The position numbers and the translations under genes were made by a program. DNA of 59,483 nt from Bigelowiella natans CCMP2755 (lineage: Eukaryota > Protista > Cercozoa): NCBI GenBank assembly GCA_000320545.1, contig ADNK01000580.1, forward strand, positions 1-59,483, read 5' to 3'. The notes beneath the pieces are model-generated. The model was not told where the DNA came from. It searched no databases and saw only the letters and a list, made by a program, of their open reading frames with translations. Positions 34,301-45,753 of this stretch are shown piece after piece (the stretch's first letter is position 1; every line of letters starts with the position of its first letter).

Positions 34301-37122
34301 AGAGTAGTATTTGTATCCTATGACGTGTTCAATAACGTCATCTATCCTTGGTGTAGGTGTCTGGATCCTCTTTATTACTCGGTTGTGGCGGATGAAGTTG
34401 TGCGCCAGGCGGAAGAAAGGGTAAGTAGGTTTCTTAGCTAGCACATGTCTCACGTTCCATGGTGAGTTGCTTGGCTCTATCTTCCCTTCCTTTGCCCATT
34501 CATTGATCTGCCACTCTATCTTTTCCCAGTCCGCTTCCGGTCGCCTATGTTCTGGGTCATTGATGATGCACTCTTCGTATCCCTTCTTTAGCTCGATCTT
34601 TACTGGGGTAAGCTTGCTGGAGGGCTTCGTCGTCGGCTTGGTGATGTCAGAGTACTTCTCGTTTAATATTTTATTAATGTACTTTTTGCCTTTGTCGATA
34701 TCCCAATCATCAGCTGGGGGGGTCTTGTCCAGTAGCTCCGTTATCTGTCGGATGGTCTTGCCGGGGTTCTTCTTCCGTAGCTCGGTAGGTGTAGGTAGCT
34801 TGTTGTCCGCTAGGTCCATAAACTCTAACGCATTAACGCTTGACTCAGAGGTCCACTCGTCAAGCCGTATCATGTTCTGGCTGATGGTCCTGCCTGACTT
34901 CTTTGGCAACTTAGCAAAGTATATCTTGTGATTGTAGAATGATATGATCCCCCCTAATTTTTCTAGGGCATCCTGTCCGAGGAGTAGTTCCATGGATAAA
35001 GTCATGGCTACTCGGGTCTTGATTTGGGTCTCCGCGTCGCTGCCAGGTATCTGTAGCTTTAGCATTAGCTCACCGACGGTCTTCATGGAAGAGCTTCCGT
35101 CTGCTTGAGCATATTTACGTTCTTTCTTAGTCACTTGATCCAATAGTCCTAACCTTCTTACTGTGCTTAGGCTTATGAAGGACTTCGGCATGCTGCCACT
35201 ATCCCAAAGGGCAGGTAGTTTCTTGTAGTCTCCGTAGCTGTCTTTAACTTTAACCTTGGTCATAGCAACTTTGATAGTCCTGTTAGCGTCTTCGTCATTA
35301 ATGTTGCATACTCCTAAGTTCTTTATGTCGTCTAGGGTCATGGGCTTGTCTTGGTCCTGCGTTGCTGGTACTGCTGTCTTCGTCGGCGCCTGCTTAAGGT
35401 GATCTAATATTCCGTTTATCTGCTGCTGTATAGCATTGATACTGTTCTGCTTTTTGTTCTTATATTTATTGTTCTTCCCGTTGTTGCTGCCTTGCCATTT
35501 GCTGTTGTTATATCCTTGTCCTCTGCCTTTCTTTCTCTTTAACTTCTCGTAGTGTTCGTTGAGCTGCCTGATCGTCATCCTGGGTCGTCCTTCTTTCCTG
35601 TCTCTGCAGTCTTTAGCGGTGTGTTTCCCTTTACGTGAGCAGTATCCGCAACGTCGGTTACCTTCCCTGTCCTTGTACCAGTCTCGCTGCGGCTTAATAG
35701 CGTTAATGTTTCCTATGCCAGGTACCTTAGGGCTGGTAAACTTGCGGTCCTGCTCCTGCTCGCGTAGGGATATAGCCTGCACTGCTGCCTCCATCGTGGT
35801 GTAGCCTTTCTCCGTAACGTAAGTGGATTCCTTTATCTTTAACTTGAACTCTTCAAACCTTGCCTGATCATCACCTGTGTTGTAATTAAAATCATGTAGT
35901 TCGTCGATCATATCCTGGAAGCGCGTGGCAAAGTCTCTAACAGGTTCTCTCTCATGCTGCATCATTGCTCTGTATTTTCTAATAGCCTGGGGTAGGGAGT
36001 TAGCATCCTGTTCATTTACAAAAGCCTTCATTATCGCCTCAACGTCTCGTAGCCCACTAACTGTAGTGTGTATTTTCTCTAGCTGCCTGATCCGGGTCCT
36101 GCCTGTCTCGTAAAGGTCCATGGCTTGCTTTATTATAGCTAGCCATTTGAGCTTGTCGTTTTCGGTGGGGTTAGGGGTAAAGTCGCAGAGTATACTCCTA
36201 GCGTTCTTCCACCACCTCCTTGCCTCACCTCTTTTCCCGTTGTATTTCGTTATCATAACCGGTGCTGTTTTAACAGACATGAACTGGGTGTTCCGCTGTA
36301 CCGGCTGCTGCTGCTTGACGGTGCTCTGGGTCGTCCCCCGCGAGGCGCCCAGACCCCCGTCGTTCCTAAACAAAGCTGCCCACTCTGGAGGTAAGTCTGC
36401 TTCGTAATCCATGATGTCCTGCATGATAGCTGCCCAAACATCATGTGTCTGATACTTGTATTCTATCGATACTTTCAGTTTGGCGTAGTTGCTCGCCCTG
36501 GGTCGCAAGGCTCGTAATGCCATTACGACCTTCTTGCTTTCGGCGGCCACGTCCTCGTCGTCCGCCTCGTAGAAGTTCTCCAGTGCCTCTGCTGCTGCAT
36601 CTGCTTTCTTAATCCCGGGTGCTGGTCCCGGCGGTGCCTGTGGAGGTGTTCCTCCTCCTTCCTTAGCGTCCGTATCGCCCTTCCTTTCCTGTTTCTGCTC
36701 GTGCCCTTGCACGGCCTGCGAGCCAAAGTCCTGCTGTTCTTCTAGCTGCTGTGACATTGTTAGTCAAATCGTTTCCCGTGTGTGGAAGCCAAAGGTTGTT
36801 GCGCGTAAGGTGTTCACAGGCCGAGGCGCTACGTGCACAAGTAGGCAGGGGGGGGGAAAGGCACGTTTGCTTCCTTTTGAAGAGTTGTGTTTATTTTTAT
36901 TAAAGATTATATTTTTATTAAATCGTGCACTGCGTAATCATTCGCGAAGCTTTCGCGAATGCCGCCGCACGTGGGGCAGCACACTTCCGGTGTGCTGCCA
37001 TGAGTCCCGCCGGAACCCACGTGCCTATGCTGTATTAATATCTACGTTATCTATATTCTATATCCGCGACAACCCCTTTGTTGTCGCACGTGACTTGTGC
37101 CCGCGTAGTGGTACGCGCTACA
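31366..37122 (-). mobile_element. Ty3/gypsy-type LTR retrotransposon, copy 2 (intact ORF, rearranged 3' LTR)
   Basis: 5' LTR 37122-36797. The 3' LTR 31732-31428 lacks its last 21 bp and runs into the first 62 bp of another LTR (31427-31366). No TSD. Confidence 0.96.
31784..36757 (-). CDS. Single Gag-Pol polyprotein, 1657 aa
   Basis: Uninterrupted ORF with all motifs listed for copy 1. Confidence 0.96.
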   Translation of the reverse strand: MSQQLEEQQDFGSQAVQGHEQKQERKGDTDAKEGGGTPPQAPPGPAPGIKKADAAAEALENFYEADDEDVAAESKKVVMALRALRPRASNYAKLKVSIEYKYQTHDVWAAIMQDIMDYEADLPPEWAALFRNDGGLGASRGTTQSTVKQQQPVQRNTQFMSVKTAPVMITKYNGKRGEARRWWKNARSILCDFTPNPTENDKLKWLAIIKQAMDLYETGRTRIRQLEKIHTTVSGLRDVEAIMKAFVNEQDANSLPQAIRKYRAMMQHEREPVRDFATRFQDMIDELHDFNYNTGDDQARFEEFKLKIKESTYVTEKGYTTMEAAVQAISLREQEQDRKFTSPKVPGIGNINAIKPQRDWYKDREGNRRCGYCSRKGKHTAKDCRDRKEGRPRMTIRQLNEHYEKLKRKKGRGQGYNNSKWQGSNNGKNNKYKNKKQNSINAIQQQINGILDHLKQAPTKTAVPATQDQDKPMTLDDIKNLGVCNINDEDANRTIKVAMTKVKVKDSYGDYKKLPALWDSGSMPKSFISLSTVRRLGLLDQVTKKERKYAQADGSSSMKTVGELMLKLQIPGSDAETQIKTRVAMTLSMELLLGQDALEKLGGIISFYNHKIYFAKLPKKSGRTISQNMIRLDEWTSESSVNALEFMDLADNKLPTPTELRKKNPGKTIRQITELLDKTPPADDWDIDKGKKYINKILNEKYSDITKPTTKPSSKLTPVKIELKKGYEECIINDPEHRRPEADWEKIEWQINEWAKEGKIEPSNSPWNVRHVLAKKPTYPFFRLAHNFIRHNRVIKRIQTPTPRIDDVIEHVIGYKYYSSLDKNESYMQTPIHKTSRPITAFSSRHRKWHFVVFPYGLSISGDAFSSQNYRAYTHDGMASVLWVFVFVYVDDDIICTNTVVAQIFLLENIFIRFAHFGFTIRLQKCTFLATRIKWCGYYLEQGRITPNPEKVAALQQAPKPKNAKELKSFLQTAAWILRRFSPTYARTAAAFTTAYRKENSVGLSFAKVWAKAGLDAHFDNLIKLCSNTLLNAKLDTTRPATLWTDWSKLGMAAVLTQDQQIIRVWGRACTAAEAKYSPTKGEYKAMTEAQRKLRHYLLSVPSFTLMTDHKPLLGIDRKLEAPNDEYAAMRADTEEFRDKRTVVYAPGDKQLADYFSRLFEKKVPTQVTPMVNAITFEDGDFLPEPEELQHLQEHLDKYKHKHEVLSDRIYVYTNNVRRTYVPRRTRGALLFTAHGPAHVGENHITALLYHYYWPYKLKEIRTYLRGCRCSSLKAAGVATKESSKSRASKKIKARNFLDIVQIDVYKYDGYHYLTFVDVATGKCWVKKIIKVNVAKKNKGLYKQRLTNCYRTWESELQAIPDEVSINKIPKKLHVDNETSLLQLPHPNIDASPVYYAQSNSKVERLHRTLANLSRINSTTPDKIQGLVNDTFTSGGGIKDKEREEGDDNDDDTESEDEKVPYDGRVLKEGQYVRAKVNLRSRNKQDPFWGGVAKVTERKGRKQYYIYDGNRVTLRHISHLKNYDIGEKLLEDVKVNPTVWERAMPCLGPRPKFDVEYGNNKVRVNDDWRMKIVYLGYPGLRNMERVAMKIKDGKYQLLYLAVPDLPFEHWYKVLGDLDAEGWYGHEPKDEGEFWVSDKGDKVREESITWWLVKFRKR

Positions 37123-38007
37123 TTCAGAACAATCAACCACCACGACGTCCCAACTCACACAAGCTTGTTGGCAAGTTCTGGAGTTCAAAGTGAACAATGA
37201 TGACTGAGCGCGCTCACATGGTGAACGTGAAAGTGCATTCTTTGTTTGCATGTGAACAATGGACAATGAACAATGATGATGAACTGCACTTCCAAAAACG
37301 TTGCAAGACGTCATTTGCAGTGTGCGAAACAACAACGCAGTGCCTCGAACCAACTTCAGTGAGGACTAACTAGCGAACCAACAGACTTTGTTTGGTTGTT
37401 GCAGCAAAGATTTGTGTTGCATCTTGCTTGGGTTTTTGGAGCTGTCCATTGCAGCACTCGAAAAGGACTAGAGGAATCATGCAGAACTCATTTGTCCACA
37501 ACTGGCATGATTTCATTGTTTCCTTCTTCTCGTTTCCTTACCGACCAGGAGACTTCTCGAGATGTATGGAGGCCAATGCAAAAACTCTCATCGTATCTTG
37601 CTAAAAAGAGCCCGTCGATGAGGTGCCGGCTGTTCTCAAGTGGAACTTTTCGAGGCTTTATTTTATGTGCGACATCACATTGAACTGTTCTAAAGCAATA
37701 AATCATCTTGATAGCGCATCGTGTCGTAGCTTTAGGTACTACGCTATTCTCAGAGTGTTTTTCTATGAAAGACATGGAATATTTCATGTCGTTGAGAAGT
37801 AATCCAATGGTGTTAAACTCCGGCTAGTTTACAGACCTGAAAGTGCACGTGCCAACCCCCCCCTTGTGAAAAATGAGGGCCTGTACAGAGTCCCTACTTT
37901 TCCCCTTCATGATATAACCATTTCGTCTGTATATTTATTTGCAGAATGCATACCATGGAAATTTTTGTGCTAATTCTTATTACTACCATCGTGCAGGACG
38001 TTCAGCT

Positions 38008-38321
38008 ATGAGGGACTACGCGCCTTTACTTGAAAAGCCTCAAAAGATGAATAGAAAGGAGAAGAAAACACTCAACATTGCCATGGGGTGCGGCACATGT
38101 ATGCTTGTGATTTTTGCTGTCCTACTCTACTCGCAAACGGCGATGAATGGCCTAGGTGTTGCTGCAGCACAGGTAATTGGATTAGATGTGACGCATGAAT
38201 GCATTCTTATACTAACTGTGAGCGAAATTTCCATATGTCTTCGTGAAGAGACTCCATATAAATTATGTTCATCATCTTCGTAAATATTATCATTTCGAGG
38301 GCACAATCGTATCAATATATG

Positions 38322-38365
<44 letters not shown>

Positions 38366-39422
38366 TATTCCTCTCCAAATCTTATGCGTGTATGTGTGTA
38401 TGTACGTGCATGCAAGTGTAAATTTATGCGATTATCCATATGCAGAATATTTACAACTGCCATGAATATAATGCGTATATGCGTGTTGTGTTGTACAATC
38501 ATCCGGATACTACTACTACTACTACTACTACTTCATTCACGTACTACAGAGCAGCTTGTCGAACAACACAGCAGTCTAACATTAGTTTTACACAAACATA
38601 TCAGACTGCTGGAAGAACCACCACTAGTCACATGTCGTTCCCTTCTTCTGCTATGGGGGGAATACGCTCTTCTCGTCCGAACGCTTTCCTTAATAGGCAG
38701 CAGCAGCGAGTAGTTACTTCCTCTTCGCCGTTCCGACGAAAGGACATCAGCAAAATTAAAGCAATCAAAGACATTTTTATGCCTGCACTGAGCTCCACAA
38801 TGACAGAAGGAAAGATTGTCAGTTGGCTCAAAAATCCAGGTAGTAGTAATAATAGTAGTATAGTAGGTGGTGGCTAGTAGAAAAAGAAGAAGAAGATAAT
38901 GATGATGATGATATTGGACCAAACGTCGTTGAAGAAGAAGAAGATGATGATGATGATGATGATGATGATATTGGACCAAACGTCGTTGAAGAAGAAGAAG
39001 ATGATGATGATGATATTGGACCAAACGTCGGTCTTTGTTTCCCCTTACTCCTCCTCTCACACCACCAACAGCCCTACTATAACCAGCCTTCTTACCATCA
39101 CCATGCATGCATGTGCTTCTTCTTCTTCTTCTTCATCATCATCATCATCACCACCACCAAATAAAGGGGATCGTGTTGCGAAGGGGGAGAGTGTAGCCAT
39201 CGTCGAATCAGATAAGGTAACACAACTATTTGAAGCTGTTGTTTCATTGCTTACCATCAATCTTATTCTCTTTGTCATTACTCCCAATATATTACTGTAG
39301 TAGTAGTAGTAGTAGTAGTAGTAGGTAGTAGTAGTGGGTAGTAGTGGTGGTGGTAGGAGAAGTATTAACAGCAGCAGCAGCAGCAGCGGAGGGGTTCTCA
39401 CAAACAAGCTATATCCGCATCG

Positions 39423-39455
<33 letters not shown>

Positions 39456-40067
39456 ACGTGGTCGTCAATGAATCAATGCCAATACCAATGATCGATCAGG
39501 CGGATATGGATGTAGAAGCATTTGATGAGGGAATCCTTGCAACTATCGTTGTGCCTGAGGGTGGGATGACCGGTGTTGGAAACGCCATTGCTTACCTTGT
39601 GGATCAGGAATGTGAGATGATGATCATGATGATGATCATGGTGATGATGAGAGTGTACATCAATATTACTTTAATACCATACATAAAAAGACTAGATTCA
39701 ACCCTGGCTACAATAATCAATCACTTTGTTTTTTATGCGAAATAATAACAATAACAAATTCCATCATAAAATAATAACAACATTATCCATCATCATCATC
39801 ATCATCATATAGCTGAGATAGAAGCAGCGAAGGCGCAAGCAGGATCGGCAGCTCCTCCAGCTGCTCCGCAAGCAGCAGATGATAATACTACTCCTCCACC
39901 ACCAGTAATAATAATAATAACAATACAATACAACAACAACAACAACAACTACAAAAACAACAACACTAGTACTCTGATAAAAATATAAAAAATGATCGAT
40001 AATAGGAAGCTACTTACCTCACAGTTTGTCATTGTACTCTTTGTCTTGAAGTAGTAGTAGTATCTGA

Positions 40068-40098
<31 letters not shown>

Positions 40099-40506
40099 CA
40101 CTGCTGATTTGTTAATTTGCAGACCGCTCCAGCAGCAATAGAAGCTAAACCAGCAGCACCAGCAGCACCAGCACCTGCACAACCAGTATGATGATGATGA
40201 GGATGATGATGATGACGATGATGATGATGACGATGATGATTGTCAGGTCGTCGTAAGTTCTCCAGTTATTGCCACCGCACCACAACCCCGTGCCGATGGT
40301 AAATTATTGAATATTATGTATCTGGTAGAAGAAGGAAAAGAGAGTAGTTGTAGTATAGTAGTAGTAGTAGTAGGAGGAGGAGGAGGAGGAGGAGGAGGAG
40401 GAGGAAAGAGGATTTGATTCGTAAGGTTCAATTAGTAGGTGCTGATAGCAATCGGCTACCGACCTGCCTACCTACCTGCCTACCTACCTACCTACCTAAA
40501 TGGCTG

Positions 40507-40546
<40 letters not shown>

Positions 40547-40550
40547 CACA

Positions 40551-40594
<44 letters not shown>

Positions 40595-40723
40595 GTGAGC
40601 AATCCTCAGATCAGCAGCACTGATATTATTAATTTTTTTAATTATCTTTTATAATTACTACTTCTTCTTCGTCTTGTTCATCTTCTCAAAGGATTCTTTA
40701 TCATTATTATTTTTATTATATTG

Positions 40724-40755
<32 letters not shown>

Positions 40756-40831
40756 GGGATCATCAATTCATAGTATGATGATATCATCATCACCAATTTC
40801 TACTACTTGACGACACACTATGGATATTAGG

Positions 40832-40897
<66 letters not shown>

Positions 40898-41259
40898 CCG
40901 TATCATCGCATCACCACTTGCCAAAGTAAGGGCCAAAGAGCTTGGTAGTAACAACAACAAAACTAATATTTTCAGAGATGAAACGATGTGTATTATTATT
41001 ATTATATTCCTCCTCACCTTCATCATGGTCAGCATCATGGTGACGATCATCGTATTATACTACACCATAAAAAAGGTGTAGATTTGGCTGTTGTGGGAGG
41101 CTCAGGACCAAATGGCCGTATTACAGAATCTGATGTGAGAAGAAGAAGAGAAACTAATATTAAAAGAAGAACAACAAGAACGAGAAGAAGAAAGAGGAGG
41201 AGTAGGAGATAAATGGTTTACCTGTAATGTAAAGGAGTCGACAATGCTGAAGTGGTGGG

Positions 41260-41300
<41 letters not shown>

Positions 41301-41737
41301 ATACATGTTCTAGGTCGAAAGAGTTGCGTTTGGAGGAACTACTGGAATGGCGAGTGCTGTTGGAATGCAGGAAGCACAACCAGTAATAATAATATAGCTT
41401 ACTACTACTTCTTCTACAACCAGTAATAATAATATAGCTTACTACTACTACTACTACTTCTTCTTTTTTCTGTACATACACACATACACACATACACACA
41501 TACATCTGCTGCTGGTGTACGTTATTTCTTTTTTTTATGTTCTTAATCCTCATTGAATAGTACTCCTCTTCTTCTTAGATGCCAGTCCTTCCTTCTAGTT
41601 CCACACCTCCAGCACCAGCAGTAGCAGCACCTTCGGTATCTTCTATTGAGCAGGTAGTAGAAGCAGAAGCAGTAGTACTAGTGGTAGAAGCAGAATCAGT
41701 AGTAGTAGCTCATGATGATATATATTATGCTAGTCTT

Positions 41738-41770
<33 letters not shown>

Positions 41771-41838
41771 CTCACTGTCGTTACCATTGTTGTTCGATCG
41801 GTTGTCCATCACAGTGTTCATTATTAGGAGGATCCTGT

Positions 41839-41871
<33 letters not shown>

Positions 41872-41990
41872 GTAGTTTATTAGGCTGATCATCCTGTTGG
41901 TTGTTGTTGTTGTTGTTTATCGTTCTATCAGGATCCTGAGCTGCCTGCTCGTGGCTCCGTAGAGAAATTTACAACTCTACAGGTGGTATT

Positions 41991-42031
<41 letters not shown>

Positions 42032-42420
42032 CCCTCATTCTTCAATCTACCAATCATCACCATCATCACCATCATCACCATTATCATTGTTAGGCTGCTC
42101 TCATGCATACATGTACATGTATGTATGTATGCATGTATTATTGATACATTCCTCTCCCTTTCTCCCTCTCTCTCTCTTATGTTAGCACCGATAAGCTGGA
42201 TGAGATGTATAAGGCGCTTAAACCGAAGGGTGTTGCAATGAGTCCGCTCCTTGCAAAGGTAGTAGTACTAGTACTACTACTACTTGATGAATATCATCGG
42301 TAAATGAATCAATACATGATGGAAGAGGAGGAGGAGGAGGAGGAGGAGGAGTAATAGAGTGAAGGCACGTAAGTATTATTAACAACTTCAATCAATTTGG
42401 AAACTGCCCCTATTACGAAA

Positions 42421-42457
<37 letters not shown>

Positions 42458-43920
42458 ATGACTGTCCGTACATGCACCTATTATACACTAATATCGATGA
42501 TGATCTCTATCTATCCATCTAGCTATCTGTTGGATGATGATGGATCACTCTCTTATTATTATTATGTGTCTATCTGTCTACCTATCTGTCAGGCTGTCGG
42601 TTTGGCTCTGGCTAAGCACCCTGTGTTGTATGCTTCTTGTCCTGATGGCAATTCAATCAAGTCAGGATCATCCATCATTCCTGCTGTTTTAAATAACCAT
42701 TTTAAATATATTCAACATTTAGACGTAGTAGCATATTGATATATTTCTACCTACCTAATATTGATTAATACACTATTTGTTATTAGTATTATTTATTGCT
42801 AATATTCGCTTCTTGTGAACAACTCCAAGATGTTGGTAGTAGTTTTGGTAGGGATGGTGAGTGTTGTTTTGAGTAATCAAACTTGAAAACAACATTCAAG
42901 ATTATAAGTATTGATCCCCCCCCCACCTATCTATTGTGATATTTCAGATACAACGAGCATGTCAATGTAGCTATTGCCGTTGCAATGCCTGATGGTAAAT
43001 ACTAGTTACTCTCACCAACACTTATTTGTTTTAATATTTCAAGAGGAAAGTAAGAGGAGGGGGAAGATGGGGGCAGAAAAATTTCTCAAATCTTCTCAAA
43101 CATTTATTATGCTTGCTCGCAAAATCTACGCCGTCCTCCTATCCTAACAAATTCTCTCTCCCCTCCCTCATGCTTTTGTTGCTGTTCTCCTGTACTTCGA
43201 CTATGATGACACACTGGATTATGAATCAACGATGTGGATCAACATTATAGGCGGTTTGATAACCCCTGTACTCTCTGATGCTGATGCAAAGGATGTATCC
43301 ACACTTGCTTCAAGTTGGAAGGTGCTTGGCGTGTGTGTGAGTGAGTAAGTGTGTAAGTGTGTGGTGTCAGTTTATGTTGGACGCAGAAGCAGTAGTGGTA
43401 ATAGTAGTAGTAAAAGATGATAATATAGCAGTGGTATAATATTATATATATATTTATATATATATATATATTACATACATATCAATGTTGTTATTGCGGT
43501 AGTGTGCTAGCGGGTGGGTTAGTTAGTGACGATAATAAGTTTCAAATGAAGGGTCTCATTTTAATATTTTATTCGTTTGCTAATATACTCTTAAATCTTC
43601 ATCAGGATCTCCTTGGAAGGGCTCGCAGCAAGCAGCTAAAGCCTGAGGAGTATTCCTCTGGCACCTTCACAATTTCTAATCTCGGTATGTTTGGAGTGGA
43701 CGCTTTCAAGCCCATCTTGCCTCCAGGAACGGCTGCTATCATGAGCGTTGGAGCTAGTAAACCTACTGTCGTTGCTGGTGATGATGGATCGATGAAGGTG
43801 GAGAAACAGATGACAGTAGGTCTTGCTGCTGACCATCGTATCGTATATGGCGCACATGCAGCTGAATTTCTTCGTGACTTGAAGGAAATCATTGAAAACC
43901 CAGTCCAGCTTCTCGTCTAA
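38008..43920 (+). CDS. Plastid pyruvate dehydrogenase E2, dihydrolipoamide acetyltransferase (LTA2-like), ~15+ exons
   Basis: Bipartite leader (MRDYAPLL...MLVIFAVLLY). Lipoyl domain IFMPALSSTMTEGKIVSW / VESDK|ADMDVE. E3-binding IIASPLAK / GSGPNGRITESD. Catalytic GTFTISNLGMFG, ADHRIVYGA. Introns are filled with microsatellites. Confidence 0.93.
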
Positions 43921-44089
43921 TATGAAACGAGAAGAAGAAGTAAGTTGCCCAATGGTAATATATCCAAGAAGAGAGATAAGTTGCCCACTGGTAATGAGGA
44001 CGGTTGCATCCAAGAAGAGAGAGAGAATTGGCGACTTATTTCTGTCTGTCTGGGGGTGGCAATTTAATCAACGGGGGCGTAGCAATAAT

Positions 44090-45080
44090 GCATGCTTCTG
44101 TTATTCATGTTTTTGTCAAATCTACAAGACATTGTGTTACATGTGCACATATGCGAGCTGCTATGTCTTGACACACACATGTATGTGCACAAATGCCTCA
44201 TGTACATGCGGCGTGTATCCTATGTAACTGCTCATGCACACATGAGGCGCATGCTACATCTAGCCATAACGTGTACGCTTGTGTCGCATGTGTGCTGGCC
44301 ATTGCTGTTGTCATGCGATGCTCGATCGTCGCTCATGTCGCAAACATGCAAATGGAAGTACCAGACAACGGAGCACGCACACGCACATGCATAAGCATGT
44401 GCGTAAGTGCACATGAACATGCATGCAATCCAAGGTCTAAGTCACGCAACATGACACTCTGCACACTACATCCCTAACTAGCTAAATCCTCTCGATCACA
44501 AACATGCCCGCCTCTAGATTTTTGCAAACGCGCAAAAATGGAGCGCGGGATCGAAGTGTGCCCAAGCTTGCTAGCTTGGCTGCGCATGCATGTCAACACC
44601 TGTAGCTCATGCAGTACGTTGATGGCGATGAAAATGTTGCGCATTGCTGGATTGTTCCGACGAGACTAGGAGATGCTGTCGGATTGCGGAGCTGTCACCG
44701 ACTGCTGCTCCTCGAAATCAATCGCAATGCAAACTGTAAGCACAATTCAAGGGAAACTGGCATCATGTGCGTTCGATCATTGCTTTGTGTTTCGCACTAC
44801 ACTAGACATTGAGCTTGATGACCTAAAACATTCTGGGACATGCAAATCACACATTGCGCCCATCATGCACTGCCACATCTGCCAACAGCAGAAAAGACAC
44901 AAAATCCACTGCAAACCAACGCAGAACAAAGTTTATTTCGCGCGCCATGTTCCATGAGGAATGAAGGGGCAACAGCAGCACCAGAGCGGTGCAGCTGAAG
45001 CGAACATGCAGGATTTGCACCAAGCTAGCCAAGCACTCACATCGCCTACTAGCATAGTGACGCAAGTGGTGTTCGATGGT
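44090..45080. repeat. Partially TpA-depleted tract (tract F) between convergent gene ends
   Basis: catg/tgca/cacg-rich with reduced TA. Intermediate between genic DNA and the fully erased tracts. Confidence 0.6.
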
Positions 45081-45213
45081 TCCATCATTATGCTAACTTA
45101 ATGAACTAGTGAACACCGTACTTTGAGAATACGTAATTCAAAATTTCACATCGTAGCAAAAAGGCATGGGAATATTTTTGTTGGCTTACAGTCATTTGAA
45201 GCAATTCAAGGTT

Positions 45214-45704
45214 TCATAGTGCGCAATCTTGAGATAGATGGTTCGGTTTATTGGATTGCGTTAGCGCCTCTGCTCTCTTTTGTGGATGGGAAGAATCTAT
45301 TATAGTTTTTATTATGGTCTGCCGACGTGAGACTGAGTTGTCTGTTTGTGGTGATAGTTTCAATCTTTGCGGAACCCGAGCTCCTTCCTTGTCCTCCTCG
45401 TTCTTGTTCGTTTCTTTTTGAAAAGAGGAAGGATTTTGAGGTGGGGATGCTGCTGCTCGGACCATTGTGAGAAGAGATGGAATCTGATGACGGAGGATAT
45501 TCAAACGTGGTGCATGCGGCCTAGATGCTGCTCTATGAAGTTGACATATACTCTCACAGAGTTCTTCCACCTGTGATGATACAAGTAGTAAATCAGATAG
45601 TGATGATGATGATAATGAAAATAATAATAATGATGATAAACTTGAATGCCGCGCATGACGAGGTTAGGAACATTTGGAGCAGAAAGTTACGTGCATAGAT
45701 TATT

Positions 45705-45753
<49 letters not shown>

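Noticed and set aside
38127-42739. ORFs with poly-YI, poly-M, poly-H, poly-C or CV runs
   Set aside because: Translations of intronic (TA)n, (GAT)n, (TTG)n and (TG)n microsatellites within the E2 gene.
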